Shown: piece after piece, positions 19,794 through 30,282 of the stretch
Position numbering within the stretch: position 1 is the stretch's first letter
How the letters are laid out: each line of letters starts with the position of its first letter
Position numbers and translations under genes: made by a program
Assembly (NCBI GenBank): GCA_013166835.1
Contig: JABLTI010000007.1
Location: forward strand, 1-54,910
Direction: 5' to 3'
Origin: Promethearchaeati archaeon
Lineage (GTDB): Archaea > Asgardarchaeota > Heimdallarchaeia > JABLTI01
Length of the DNA: 54,910 nucleotides
Notes under the pieces: generated by a model
What the model was told of the DNA's origin: nothing
The model's input: the letters and a program-made list of their open reading frames with translations, nothing else
Databases searched by the model: none

Positions 19794-20588
19794 ATGAGTA
19801 AAGATGAAATAAAAATTGAACCTGATCTCTTCAAAGTAATACATGACCGAAGATCAATAAGAAAATTCCTTGACAAAGAAGTTTCAGATGAAGTAATAGA
19901 GAAAATTCTTAGCGCAAGCATTAGGGCTCCTTTTGCGTATCAAAGTTGTAGTATAGTGTACACTCGAGATAAAGAGAAAATGAAAAAAATGAGGGTGTTC
20001 CCCTCAGCTAAACTATACATAGTGTTCTTTATTGATTTCAATAGGATGGAAAAAATAGTCAAACAAAGAAACTATACTTATGATTATGATGATAGCATGC
20101 TTTTATGGTTAGGAGTTCAAGACGTTTCACTTGTAGTAGGAAATGTGGTCTTGGCAGCTGATTCTTTGGGTTTAGGTTCTGTTTTGCTTGGTGGAGCACC
20201 ATTTCAAGTTGACAAAATTGCAGAAACTTTCGGGGTTCCTAAAAAAACCTTCCCTGTGGTAAGTATGTGTTTAGGATACCCAGATCCAGAACATAAAATG
20301 CAAATTCGCCCAAGATATCCTTTGAAACTTACTGCTTATGAAGACAAATACAATGATCTCTCAGAGGATGAAATTAAAGAGTGTATGAGAGCAATGGATG
20401 AAGGGTATATTACTCAGGGGTATTATATAAAACTCGGAGCTAAAATACCTTTGAATAAAGGAAAAGACGAAATTGATATGGATAAATATTCATGGTCAGA
20501 GCATATAAGCCGGAAAATAACACAAGGATCATGGTACGATGAAACGTTATTGAGTTTACTAAGAAAACAAGGATTCAAACTCGATTAA
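19794..20588 (+). CDS. Nitroreductase family (NfsA/Frp-like)
   Basis: RRSIRKF, AA.SLGLGS, LGYP, RPR.P. Confidence 0.88.
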   Translation: MSKDEIKIEPDLFKVIHDRRSIRKFLDKEVSDEVIEKILSASIRAPFAYQSCSIVYTRDKEKMKKMRVFPSAKLYIVFFIDFNRMEKIVKQRNYTYDYDDSMLLWLGVQDVSLVVGNVVLAADSLGLGSVLLGGAPFQVDKIAETFGVPKKTFPVVSMCLGYPDPEHKMQIRPRYPLKLTAYEDKYNDLSEDEIKECMRAMDEGYITQGYYIKLGAKIPLNKGKDEIDMDKYSWSEHISRKITQGSWYDETLLSLLRKQGFKLD

Positions 20589-21214
20589 TTTTTCTTTTTC
20601 TTAGTACCATATTTACAGTCTTTAACTAGAAAACAGATAGAACAAAGTGGATTCGCTTTTTTACAGAAGCGTTTTCCGTGCTCCACAAATAAAGCATGAA
20701 ATTCATTGAATAAACTCGCATCGTCATCTAATTTAGATTCATAGAAATTTTTCCAATATTTACTATTATTTGAATCACCATATCCTAACCTATTACTGAT
20801 TCTCATTGTGTAAGCATCAATAACAAATTCCGCTTCATTTAAGAGATAGAGAAGAATTGAATCAGCTGTTTCCTCGCCAATTCCTTTTACAGATAACAGT
20901 GTCTCTCTACTAGGTTTCGGATTACTTATCCATAATCTACAAAGGTTTTTCAAATATTGTCCTTTCAGATTGAAAAATCCTGCTGGCGTTATTAATTCTA
21001 CTAATAATTCATCGTCACATTCTAAGATACTTTTTGGAGACAATAGATTATTATTCCTTAGATTTTCAAGAGCTTTTTCCACATTCTTCCAAGAAGTATT
21101 CTGAGTCAAAATTGCTCCGATAGCGATTTCAAATCCTTCGCCTGGCCACCAGTTTTGTGAACCATAAAACGCAAGCATTTTTTCGAATAAGTCTCTTGGC
21201 TGCATTAGTATCAA
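20585..21214 (-). CDS. Endonuclease III-related HhH-GPD glycosylase with 4Fe-4S motif
   Basis: WWP, GAILTQNTSW, KGIG.ETAD, C-x6-C-x2-C-x5-C. Confidence 0.9.
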   Translation of the reverse strand: MILMQPRDLFEKMLAFYGSQNWWPGEGFEIAIGAILTQNTSWKNVEKALENLRNNNLLSPKSILECDDELLVELITPAGFFNLKGQYLKNLCRLWISNPKPSRETLLSVKGIGEETADSILLYLLNEAEFVIDAYTMRISNRLGYGDSNNSKYWKNFYESKLDDDASLFNEFHALFVEHGKRFCKKANPLCSICFLVKDCKYGTKKKKN

Positions 21215-21357
21215 GTAGTTGAATATTGTGTTATATGTTAAATATAGTTGTGTAAAAATACATCTTCAGTTGTTTTTTCTAAAAAAATTAATTAGTGTTG
21301 TTAAACAACATAATATGCAGAAAAGATATCTTGATAGGAATTAAAACTAATTATTGA

Positions 21358-21780
21358 ATGGAGGATGAGATATTGAAACTAACTGAGATTGTACGTATTA
21401 ATGAGAAAGGCGAAGTTAAAATTCCTCAAACCATTAGAGACAATATCGGAATTGTTGAAGGTATGCATGTTATGCTTAAAGTTGATATTGAGAGAAGAGA
21501 AATAAGCATAATACCTTTTATGACTTCTGAAGCGGATTTAGTAGAATTCAAAATTACTCTTGCTGATGTACCAGGAGCACTGGCAAAATGTGCAACATTT
21601 CTAAGTGAGAATAACATTAATCTTGTTGCTAGTGAATCAAGACAAATACAAAGTGGGGAAATTGCAGAATGGATTGTTGTGGCAGATATTTCTAAGTGTA
21701 AATCCAATATTAGAGATCTTTGCAAACAATTAGTGAATGAAGGTTTTGCTAGGAATTCAGTTTGTAGGAGCTTTCAATAA
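21358..21780 (+). CDS. AbrB/SpoVT-like plus ACT domain regulator
   Basis: I.EKG...IP..IR..IGI, D.PGALAK....L....INL. Confidence 0.8.
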   Translation: MEDEILKLTEIVRINEKGEVKIPQTIRDNIGIVEGMHVMLKVDIERREISIIPFMTSEADLVEFKITLADVPGALAKCATFLSENNINLVASESRQIQSGEIAEWIVVADISKCKSNIRDLCKQLVNEGFARNSVCRSFQ

Positions 21781-21819
21781 ACGCTTTTTTCATTACTAAT
21801 CGATTAAGATAGAGAACAG

Positions 21820-22194
21820 CTAATCATACTCAATCACTTCATCAGTAACTAATTCGAAGACATAATCCTCTTTTTTCTTCATTCTACGAGCGTTAATTAA
21901 TAGAAGTGAGCCTATTGCTGCTCCAACCCCAAAAAGAACAAATCCTACTATTTGTTGTATGAGTAATAAAGTTTCATCAGGTTGACTTGAATTTACAAAA
22001 AATGATAATATTGTCAATGGTAAGATTGTAAGGCTTAATATCAAAATAACTATCCCTAATCCTCTGAAAACAGAGCTAGAAACAGCTTTTGAGCGTTCTT
22101 CCAGCTCCTCTGGTGTTGACTCGTTATCATTCATTTCATTATTTATTGTTGAATCCTCTGAATCATTAAAAGGTAATTCTTTGATTTCTACCAA
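21820..22194 (-). CDS. Small two-TM hypothetical protein
   Basis: Two hydrophobic helices. Confidence 0.65.
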   Translation of the reverse strand: MVEIKELPFNDSEDSTINNEMNDNESTPEELEERSKAVSSSVFRGLGIVILILSLTILPLTILSFFVNSSQPDETLLLIQQIVGFVLFGVGAAIGSLLLINARRMKKKEDYVFELVTDEVIEYD

Positions 22195-22330
22195 TATAAT
22201 TCACATCTAATTAAACGCTGACAGTTGATTTTTATTGCGGTTTTTTAATTCTTGCTTTCAAACCATTATTCAAGTTTATTTGGGAAAAATTTGTATTAAA
22301 TAACTTTACATTTACTATGAAGGTTAAAAA

Positions 22331-23101
22331 ATGTTAGATAAGAATTCAGATAAGAATCAAATTTTTTCTTACCTTGTAGAATCAATTCAAAAAGTGTTTA
22401 AAGAAGACGTTATTTGTTTCCTAATTCATGGATCGATAGTGAAAGGAGGGTTAATTGAAGGGTTCTCTGATTTAGATGTACAAGTTTTTCTAAAAGAGTC
22501 TTCGTTTGATGAGTTCGATCTAAAAATCGAGAAATGTATGGAAATACAAAATCTAGTTGGAACATTAGATGTCCCTAAAATCGGTGCTCAGTATCTACAA
22601 ATGTACTTCCACAACCCAAAGAATATGCCCGATTGGTACACTCCCCCTGTAAAGGGGAGTTTCAAAATTCTTTATGGGGAACTACCAAAGGAGCTCGATT
22701 TCAATGTTGAAAATTTCAAAATTCGAATGATAAGATCTCTGAAAGGTTTACATTCTGAGGTAAGAACAACGATACGAAGCTTTGCTGATTGTTCTGATAA
22801 GACAATTTATCGCAGAACAAGGTTGATTGCTACGAAAATTTTTCCAATAATGTTTTCATTACTTAGTTATGACTTGAAAGATCCAAATGGAATTTGGGCG
22901 AAAACAAAATTTGAAGCATTAGATCTTTTTTGTCAAAAATATCGAGATAAAGACATTTCAAATTATTTAACTGAATTTTTTAATTTGATTCAATTATTAG
23001 CAAAAGATCATAATAATTTGGAAATAATGAAACGAGCATTCTTTGTTGGTGTAGAATTCTTGAAAGAAGCTGCAAGGATAGGTGAAGAAATTAAGATTTA
23101 A
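22331..23101 (+). CDS. Pol-beta superfamily nucleotidyltransferase-domain protein
   Basis: HGS..KG.....SDLDV motif. Confidence 0.7.
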   Translation: MLDKNSDKNQIFSYLVESIQKVFKEDVICFLIHGSIVKGGLIEGFSDLDVQVFLKESSFDEFDLKIEKCMEIQNLVGTLDVPKIGAQYLQMYFHNPKNMPDWYTPPVKGSFKILYGELPKELDFNVENFKIRMIRSLKGLHSEVRTTIRSFADCSDKTIYRRTRLIATKIFPIMFSLLSYDLKDPNGIWAKTKFEALDLFCQKYRDKDISNYLTEFFNLIQLLAKDHNNLEIMKRAFFVGVEFLKEAARIGEEIKI

Positions 23102-23172
23102 TTATTAAGTGACGTAAGAGAAAGTTTTTTCTTACAAAGATAAGCTAGTTAATTGTATAATGAGGAATTTAA

Positions 23173-24627
23173 ATGTCCGAAAGAACTTTAGAACAACTTG
23201 AACCAAATCTTGTTTGGCAAATTTTTAAGGAAATCACAAAAGTACCCAGACCATCCAAAAAGGAAGGGAAGATTCGTAAATGGGTAAAAAATTGGGCAAC
23301 AAAAAATAGCGTTAAAATAAAAGAAGACAAAACTGGCAATCTGCTTTTATCAAAAGATGCAGCACCAGGTTGTAAGAAGTTTCCCACATTAATTTTACAG
23401 GCACATTTAGATATGGTTTGTCAAAAACAACCAAATGTAGTAATAGATTTTGAAAAGGACCCAATAAATGCTTTTGTTGAAGGGGATACTGTAAGAGCAG
23501 AGGGAACATCACTTGGAGCTGACAATGGTATTGGTATGGCTATTGGATTAGCTGCCTTAATAACTCCTGATTTAAAGCATGGTCCATTAGAAGTTCTCTT
23601 AACCGTCGATGAAGAAACAGGATTAACAGGTGCCTTTGCTCTAGAAGCTGGTTTCTTTAGTGGCAAATACTTGTTAAATATTGATAGTGAAGAAGTAGGT
23701 AAAATAACTATAAGTAGCGCAGGTGGGGGCGGAACAGATTTTGTTTTCAATTCAAAATTAGAGAATAAATCAAATCATAAAAGCATCAAACTAACGATTT
23801 CCGGGCTGAAAGGTGGACACTCTGGGGTAGACATAGATTTACCAAGATTAAATGCTATAAAATTAGGAATTGATGCTTTACTTGAGCAGCAAGAGAGTAT
23901 ATTGTTAAGTTCTTTAAATGCCGGGACTGTACGAAATGCGATTCCTAGAGATTTTGAATGTATAATTTTAGTTCCAGAAAAAAAGCGAAAAAATGTAATG
24001 AAAAATCTGAAGCTGTGGAGAAAAAACACCCTAGATATTGCCAGAACATCTGAACCAGGGATAACAATAGATATTTCCGATGTTTCTGAAACTCATGCAT
24101 TCAATTCAGAAACTACAAAAGCTGTGTTAAATCTTTTACTTGATATAAATCATGGACCACTAACGCATAGTAAGGAAATTGTTGGACTTGTTCAAACTTC
24201 CAGTAATTTAGCAGTGGTTGAAACTATTGAAAAGAAGATTAGTGTTCATGTAAGTACAAGAAGTTCTGTAAATAAAGAGCTTGAAGAAGTTCGAGCGAAG
24301 CTCAAAGAGATTGGTAAGAATCATGGAGCAAAAGTGATACAAGATGAAGCTTATCCAGGTTGGGAACCAAAGCCTGGAGCACCATTTCTAAAACTTGTAA
24401 AAAGAATTTATGAGGAAGTAATGGATAAAACAATAGAACTCGAAGCGATTCATGGTGGTTTAGAATGTGGGCTTTTTGTTTCACTTGATCCGGAATTACA
24501 AGTTACATCCATTGGTGTGAATATTCACAATGCCCATAGCCCAGATGAATATGTTGAAATTGAAAGTGTGGGAATAATCTGGGATGCGGTTATTAAAATA
24601 ATTGAAAATATGAATCAACTGAAGTAA
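23173..24627 (+). CDS. pepD: Aminoacyl-histidine dipeptidase (M20C)
   Basis: QAHLDMV, LGADNGIG, DEETG, GGHSG, IHGGLECG, HSPDE. Confidence 0.93.
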   Translation: MSERTLEQLEPNLVWQIFKEITKVPRPSKKEGKIRKWVKNWATKNSVKIKEDKTGNLLLSKDAAPGCKKFPTLILQAHLDMVCQKQPNVVIDFEKDPINAFVEGDTVRAEGTSLGADNGIGMAIGLAALITPDLKHGPLEVLLTVDEETGLTGAFALEAGFFSGKYLLNIDSEEVGKITISSAGGGGTDFVFNSKLENKSNHKSIKLTISGLKGGHSGVDIDLPRLNAIKLGIDALLEQQESILLSSLNAGTVRNAIPRDFECIILVPEKKRKNVMKNLKLWRKNTLDIARTSEPGITIDISDVSETHAFNSETTKAVLNLLLDINHGPLTHSKEIVGLVQTSSNLAVVETIEKKISVHVSTRSSVNKELEEVRAKLKEIGKNHGAKVIQDEAYPGWEPKPGAPFLKLVKRIYEEVMDKTIELEAIHGGLECGLFVSLDPELQVTSIGVNIHNAHSPDEYVEIESVGIIWDAVIKIIENMNQLK

Positions 24628-24734
24628 AATGTGAAAAGAATTGCTTTTTTTCTTCAATTATCCTAAAAAAATATAATACCCTTTGTTCTTATACTGATAG
24701 TTACAAAGGATTAGATGCAAAACCTTGTGAAAGG

Positions 24735-25667
24735 TTGAATTATTTGGTGGTGGGCATTATTAAAAAGTTTGAGGGGATTTACGTCTCCACATTGACCCCG
24801 TTTAATGAGAAACTCGAAGTTGATTATGAAACAATAAAAGCACAAATAGACTTTGTTATAGAAAAAGGTGTACATGGCTTAGTTGTTTGTGGGGTTAATG
24901 GAGAATTTTCAAGTCTCTCTCTAACTGAAAGAAAAAAAGTAATAAAAGCATCAATAAATACTGCAAAAGATCGTGTTCCTGTTATAGCTGGAGCTTATTC
25001 TAATAGCTACAAAGAAGCTCTAGAATTAGTTAGATATTCTGAGGATAATGGTGCGACAGCAGCTATTCTAACAACACCTTTCTTCTTTAGAAGACCCTCA
25101 CAAGAGGGATTATACGATTATTTTGGTAAAATTTTAGATGAAGTCAAGAAGTTTCCAATATTTTTATGCAATGTCCCAATTTATTCACTTATTGAGTTAA
25201 GTTTGAATTTAGTAGAAAATTTGACAATGAAATACAAGAATATTGTTGGAATAGAAGATCTAAGTGGAGTAACGGATAGTATACTTGCCTATGCAGGAGC
25301 TTTTGAAAATCTCTCAGTATTAGTTGGCAGTGATAGAATGGTCTATAATGGACTTAATGCTGGGTGTGATGGAGCAGTAAGTGCAATTGCCAATATTCTA
25401 CCTGAATATCTATTAAAAATATATGAGAAGTATAAGAAGGGCAATACAGATCAAGCTTGGATTGAACAAGAATCTGTTATTGGCATTAGATCTTTAATGA
25501 AAAGATTTCCATCACGTTCTGCACAGAAATTCATTTTTTCAAAAATTTCTGGAAGGGATTCCTTTGTTAGACCACCACTTAGAAATCTGACAGCTGAGGA
25601 AAAAGAGAATCTCACAATAATTATTGGGGAACATGGATTAAAAGTAGAATCAGAAATCCCAATTTAA
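24735..25667 (+). CDS. DapA/NAL family aldolase-like protein lacking catalytic residues
   Basis: TPF, G..GE, VPVIAG, R.PL; canonical IKD appears as IED. Confidence 0.8.
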   Translation: MNYLVVGIIKKFEGIYVSTLTPFNEKLEVDYETIKAQIDFVIEKGVHGLVVCGVNGEFSSLSLTERKKVIKASINTAKDRVPVIAGAYSNSYKEALELVRYSEDNGATAAILTTPFFFRRPSQEGLYDYFGKILDEVKKFPIFLCNVPIYSLIELSLNLVENLTMKYKNIVGIEDLSGVTDSILAYAGAFENLSVLVGSDRMVYNGLNAGCDGAVSAIANILPEYLLKIYEKYKKGNTDQAWIEQESVIGIRSLMKRFPSRSAQKFIFSKISGRDSFVRPPLRNLTAEEKENLTIIIGEHGLKVESEIPI

Positions 25668-25763
25668 AATAATTACTAAAGACAAGTATATAGTTTATAA
25701 CTGATTATTTTAACAAATCTATAAAGTTTCATCATGTTGCGCTATAAACAGGAGTTTTAGTCA

Positions 25764-26648
25764 TTGACTCGTAAGAAGCAAAAGAAAGACTATCGAACCG
25801 AATTAGAGAAAAAAGGAATGCCAAGATACTTTACAATGACAGATAGAGCACAAATTAGAGTTTTAGAATTCAATCTCGCAGAAAAATCAAATGATTATGT
25901 TATTATTCTTATTCCTGGATATCTCACGGTTTTCCAAAGCTGGCAGCGGGTAATGGAACTATTAACCTCTGAATTCAGAGTGTTATATTTGGAATCGCGA
26001 GAGAAGGCTTCTTCCATCATACCAAGAAAATTAGAGCGAAAAATCAAACTTACTATTATGGCTCATGACATTAAGGAAGTTGTCCACCAATTAGAGTTGG
26101 ATGATCAGAAGTATATTACTATTACTAGTTCTACAGGTGGAAACATATTAACTGAAGCATTAAGCAAAGAATGGCTTCACCCCACTGGAGCAATAATGAT
26201 CGGTCCAGCGATTGAATTTCATATATCATTATTTGTATATATTATGTCTATAATCATTCCGAATTTCATAAAACAGGGAATACTGATTCCTGCGGTTAAA
26301 TGGTATATGTCGAGAAAATATGTGAACACAGAAGCTGAACCAGAACAGATGGAGAAATATATACGAGCTCTTAAGGAAGCCAATATGCGAAAAGCTATGC
26401 CTGTACTCAGAAGATTTTTCCGATATAGTATATGGGACATGCCACCTAAAGTGAAAACACCAACACTTTTGCTTGGGGCATCCACTGATGGAATGCATGC
26501 TACTCAAGAATGTCTTCGAACTCATGAATTAATGCCTAATTCAATTTTTGTTGATCTTGGTAGTAATAAAGCAACGCATTCTGAACCATTAATTGAGGAA
26601 CTTGAGAAATTTATAATAAGATTAGATAATGGAGAATTTATCCAGTGA
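25764..26648 (+). CDS. Alpha/beta hydrolase fold protein (paralog 1)
   Basis: IPG, SSTGG elbow, C-terminal D and H. Confidence 0.75.
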   Translation: MTRKKQKKDYRTELEKKGMPRYFTMTDRAQIRVLEFNLAEKSNDYVIILIPGYLTVFQSWQRVMELLTSEFRVLYLESREKASSIIPRKLERKIKLTIMAHDIKEVVHQLELDDQKYITITSSTGGNILTEALSKEWLHPTGAIMIGPAIEFHISLFVYIMSIIIPNFIKQGILIPAVKWYMSRKYVNTEAEPEQMEKYIRALKEANMRKAMPVLRRFFRYSIWDMPPKVKTPTLLLGASTDGMHATQECLRTHELMPNSIFVDLGSNKATHSEPLIEELEKFIIRLDNGEFIQ

Positions 26649-26669
26649 AAAAAACAGGAGACAAAAATA

Positions 26670-27533
26670 ATGGGTAAACAAAAAGAAGATTTGAGAGCAG
26701 AGATTGAAAAGAAAGCTAAAGAAATTTATTGTGAGATGTCTGATGGAACAAAAGTAAGAATTTTAGATTTTGATTTAGCAGAAAAACCAAATAAGTATAC
26801 TATTTTTCTTATTCCAGGTTTTGTCACTGTTTTTTTGAGTTGGGAGATTTTAGTTGAAATTCTTTCCAAAGATTTTCGCATACTGTATTTTGAATCCCGC
26901 GAAAAATCAAGCAGTATCGCACCTAATAGAAGGGTACAGCGTACCACTACTTTACGCAAAATGGCCCATGATATTAAAGAAGTTACTGAGCAATTAGAGC
27001 TTGATAAACAGGATTACATAATGTTATGTAGTTCCACAGGAGGAACTATTCTTGTTGAAGCTTTAAGTGAAAAGTGGCTTAATCCACAAGGTGCAGTAAT
27101 GGTCGGACCTACCATAGAATACCACATCAAATTCATTTCCCCATTTTTAATTACTATTGTTCCAGATTTCATGAAAAATCTATTTATGCCACTTTTCAGA
27201 TGGTTTCTAGGGAGATTTCACGTTGATAAAAAAGAGCATCCAAAACAATATGCAAAATATGCTCGTGCAGGCGAAGAAGCAATTTTGAGGAAAATAAGGA
27301 GAGTTTTACGGCAAATGTACAGATACAAATGCTGGGATATGCCCGCTAAAGTTGAGACTAAAACATTAATCGTTGGTGCGTCTACCGATAAGGTACATGC
27401 AACAGAAGAAGCTATCCGAACTCATGAATTAATGCCAAATTCATCATATTTAGATCTTGAAGACAACATAGCAGCTCATTCTCAACCTTTAGTAGACGCG
27501 ATTATGGATTTCATTGGAGAAATAGAAAAATAA
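26670..27533 (+). CDS. Alpha/beta hydrolase fold protein (paralog 2)
   Basis: Colinear with paralog 1 (ESREK, MAHDIKEV, SSTGG, RTHELMPNS). Confidence 0.75.
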   Translation: MGKQKEDLRAEIEKKAKEIYCEMSDGTKVRILDFDLAEKPNKYTIFLIPGFVTVFLSWEILVEILSKDFRILYFESREKSSSIAPNRRVQRTTTLRKMAHDIKEVTEQLELDKQDYIMLCSSTGGTILVEALSEKWLNPQGAVMVGPTIEYHIKFISPFLITIVPDFMKNLFMPLFRWFLGRFHVDKKEHPKQYAKYARAGEEAILRKIRRVLRQMYRYKCWDMPAKVETKTLIVGASTDKVHATEEAIRTHELMPNSSYLDLEDNIAAHSQPLVDAIMDFIGEIEK

Positions 27534-27561
27534 AATAATGTGTAAGGAAGGATAAATCGAG

Positions 27562-28782
27562 ATGACTTATATCATAAAAGCTCCACCTGATTATTTACCT
27601 TTAACTTTATCTGAATTTGTAAAGCATTTCTCAAATCTACTCACAAATGACACTAATGATCATTGGATAAATTATAAAAATTATACAAAAATAATCGGTT
27701 ATTGTTGCAGAGGGCTTTTTGAAATTTGTATGAAATATTTTAGTAATGAGGATCTAGTTATTGCTACAACACCAATTCATCATACTTCTTTTAGAGATAT
27801 TATTGAGAAATATGTGAAACCCGAAAATATACACATAATAGAACTCAATAGTAATTTCAATGAGATAAAAAAAGTTCCTGAAATGAAAAAATGTGATATC
27901 GTAGTAATTACTCACTTATTTGGTCAAGACATGGATTTATCTGTTTTATCAAAATTCAAGAAGAAGCATAATTGTCTTATCCTAGAAGACAGAGTTCAAG
28001 GAGGAACACTTGACGTAAAGTTTAGTCATGAAGTGGTGGATATTGCGCTTTATTCCATGGCAATGGATAAGAGACCAATTGCTCTGGGTGGAGGATTTAT
28101 GTATGTTGATAATAAACACACTAAATTAATTGCTGATTTTAAAGAGATAATTGAAAAATTACCCAGAGAAAAATCAAGTAAAAGGTTTAAAGAATTATTG
28201 AAAAAAATACCCACATTTCTAATTTACAATTATAGAGCTGTTTGTTTTACATTTGTTAGTTTACTAAAACTACTAAATTTCTTCAATAGTAAAATAAACA
28301 CATTAAGTATATCAAAATCCTACAGATCCAGTAATCCTGGTTTTAGTAGAAAGGGATATATGTTGAAACCATCAAAAGGTTTGCTAAAATCAATGTATCA
28401 GAATTTTCATAGACATAAAGAAATAGAGAATTTGTATACAGAAAATTATGATTTCTTTATTAATTGTTTCTCATCTAAATTAAAATCTTATTTCTTTCCT
28501 TGGTATAATGGAAATACTTCGCTGACTCCTTATAATACAATATTAATAGAGGAGAATCTTGTGGACGAATTTTTAGAGTTTTTGAGTGACTATAGTATCT
28601 CGAGTTTGCCAAATCCTACCTATAAATTGTTCAACAAATCCTATGGCGATTACTCTGAGATTGTAAAATTTAACAATGGTATAGCTTACTTGCCATGTTT
28701 TGTTAACATGACTAAAGAAGAAATTATTTTTCTAACTAATCGGATTAAGGAATTTTACAAAATACATAATCCCTCAAAATGA
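27562..28782 (+). CDS. DegT/DnrJ/EryC1-like PLP-dependent protein, divergent
   Basis: THLFGQ, ILED..Q, S...DK...LGGG, YLP. Confidence 0.65.
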   Translation: MTYIIKAPPDYLPLTLSEFVKHFSNLLTNDTNDHWINYKNYTKIIGYCCRGLFEICMKYFSNEDLVIATTPIHHTSFRDIIEKYVKPENIHIIELNSNFNEIKKVPEMKKCDIVVITHLFGQDMDLSVLSKFKKKHNCLILEDRVQGGTLDVKFSHEVVDIALYSMAMDKRPIALGGGFMYVDNKHTKLIADFKEIIEKLPREKSSKRFKELLKKIPTFLIYNYRAVCFTFVSLLKLLNFFNSKINTLSISKSYRSSNPGFSRKGYMLKPSKGLLKSMYQNFHRHKEIENLYTENYDFFINCFSSKLKSYFFPWYNGNTSLTPYNTILIEENLVDEFLEFLSDYSISSLPNPTYKLFNKSYGDYSEIVKFNNGIAYLPCFVNMTKEEIIFLTNRIKEFYKIHNPSK

Positions 28783-28880
28783 CATGGTTGATTTTTTTAG
28801 AAGCATATCTTCTAATTATTAGTCAATATTTATAATATCAAATGTTTGATGTTTTATTAGTTAACTTTTGGGTGTACATA

Positions 28881-29360
28881 ATGAAAGTATGGATAGTACA
28901 TGATTCTAATTTAGGAAATGGTGAAATACTCGCGAAAACATTGGGTAAAACCTTTGAAAAAGATATGGAAGTAAATATCGGCCATGTAAAGAAGATTGAT
29001 CCTGCGAAGGTTGTTGCAGACTCTCCTGATATAGTTGTTGTTGGTGCAGCAGTTAGAGCATTCATGACTAGCTTTACTTCAAAGAAATGGATTAGACGAT
29101 TACATAAGGAACTTAAGAAAGCTAATAAAACTGTAAAAATTGGTGCAACTTTTCTAACTCATATAATGCCGGAAAAAATGGTTGCTGGTAGAGGTAATAG
29201 ACTAAACAATCTCTTAGCTAAGAGTCCAAATGTAACATCTGTTTATTCTGAATATTTAGATGGAAGAGTCGTTGCTGCAGAAGGACCTTTTGAAGATTAT
29301 GTTCTCGGTGAAGTTGAAAAACACGCCGTTGAAATACTCAAATTATTGAAGAAAAAATAG
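28881..29360 (+). CDS. Flavodoxin-like protein
   Basis: MKVWIVHDS..GNGE.LA; ATG 28881 preferred over 28842. Confidence 0.7.
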   Translation: MKVWIVHDSNLGNGEILAKTLGKTFEKDMEVNIGHVKKIDPAKVVADSPDIVVVGAAVRAFMTSFTSKKWIRRLHKELKKANKTVKIGATFLTHIMPEKMVAGRGNRLNNLLAKSPNVTSVYSEYLDGRVVAAEGPFEDYVLGEVEKHAVEILKLLKKK

Positions 29361-29379
29361 AGTATTTGGAATTATATTT

Positions 29380-29410
29380 AGGTAGGGGTTCTTTCTACCT
29401 TTTTTTCTTT
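29380..29410 (+). terminator. Hairpin plus oligo-T terminator
   Basis: AGGTAG/CTACCT stem followed by a T run, between convergent genes. Confidence 0.5.
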
Positions 29411-29444
29411 TATAATCCCAAATTAAATGATATTTACCTTTAAA

Positions 29445-30137
29445 CTAGAAATCATCTTCTTCTGAAGCTGGTTTTTTACATCCAGTTGCTATTGAAGAGA
29501 ATTCAGTTATCTTCCACTGACCATGTTTATTTTTAGCTAAACCTACTGGTGTTGGGAAGTCTTTACCTGTACTTTGAATAATTGCTTTAAGTCGTTTTTC
29601 TCCTTCAGGAACGAAACCTAAGAAAGCCATCTTTGGTTTGCTTTCATTGAATTTGTAGTCTTCTTTGTATTCTGCACCCAAATAGCTCTTTACTATATTT
29701 GGGTCATTGCGCATGTACTTTAGTAGTGTTTTATTTGTTGGCCCTAGTTTTAATCCAGATGGAGAACTTGGATCATCGAGATTGTGCTTCTTCGATAAAA
29801 TTACGGTGGCCATTGCATCACCAATAGCTTTGTCCTTAACACTATAATTGTAGGCAGCAACTAAGAAATGAAATATTGATTGTGCAGGATCAGAGGCATT
29901 CTTTTCCCAGCTCGCTTTAAATTTCTTGAAATCTGTAATCATTTCACCAGTGATTTTTTTCTTTTGCTCTTTCATTCCACGAAATGAATGTTCAACAGAT
30001 TTATCGTATTCACCTTGAACAGCACTACGATGCTTGTCTATTTGTTTTTTAGTCTGCTTTTCAGCTTCATCTTCGACAGCATCACCGGTAGCTCGTTTTA
30101 CAGCTCTAGTGGCTTTTTTTCTAAGTCGATCAAACAT
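29445..30137 (-). CDS. Hypothetical protein
   Basis: 230-aa ORF; SY.GA...Y, G.D.PTP, G.WK..EFSS. Confidence 0.7.
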   Translation of the reverse strand: MFDRLRKKATRAVKRATGDAVEDEAEKQTKKQIDKHRSAVQGEYDKSVEHSFRGMKEQKKKITGEMITDFKKFKASWEKNASDPAQSIFHFLVAAYNYSVKDKAIGDAMATVILSKKHNLDDPSSPSGLKLGPTNKTLLKYMRNDPNIVKSYLGAEYKEDYKFNESKPKMAFLGFVPEGEKRLKAIIQSTGKDFPTPVGLAKNKHGQWKITEFSSIATGCKKPASEEDDF

Positions 30138-30282
30138 ATAATCACATCATATTAGTTTGCTTTTGGAAACTTTGATTTCTTCCAAAAACAATTTCTATAA
30201 CGCTATTTTCTAACTATTAAAATAATACTTTTTCGCTTGTAAGATAGTAGTTTTGTATAATTAGAAAGTAAAAATTTGGGAT

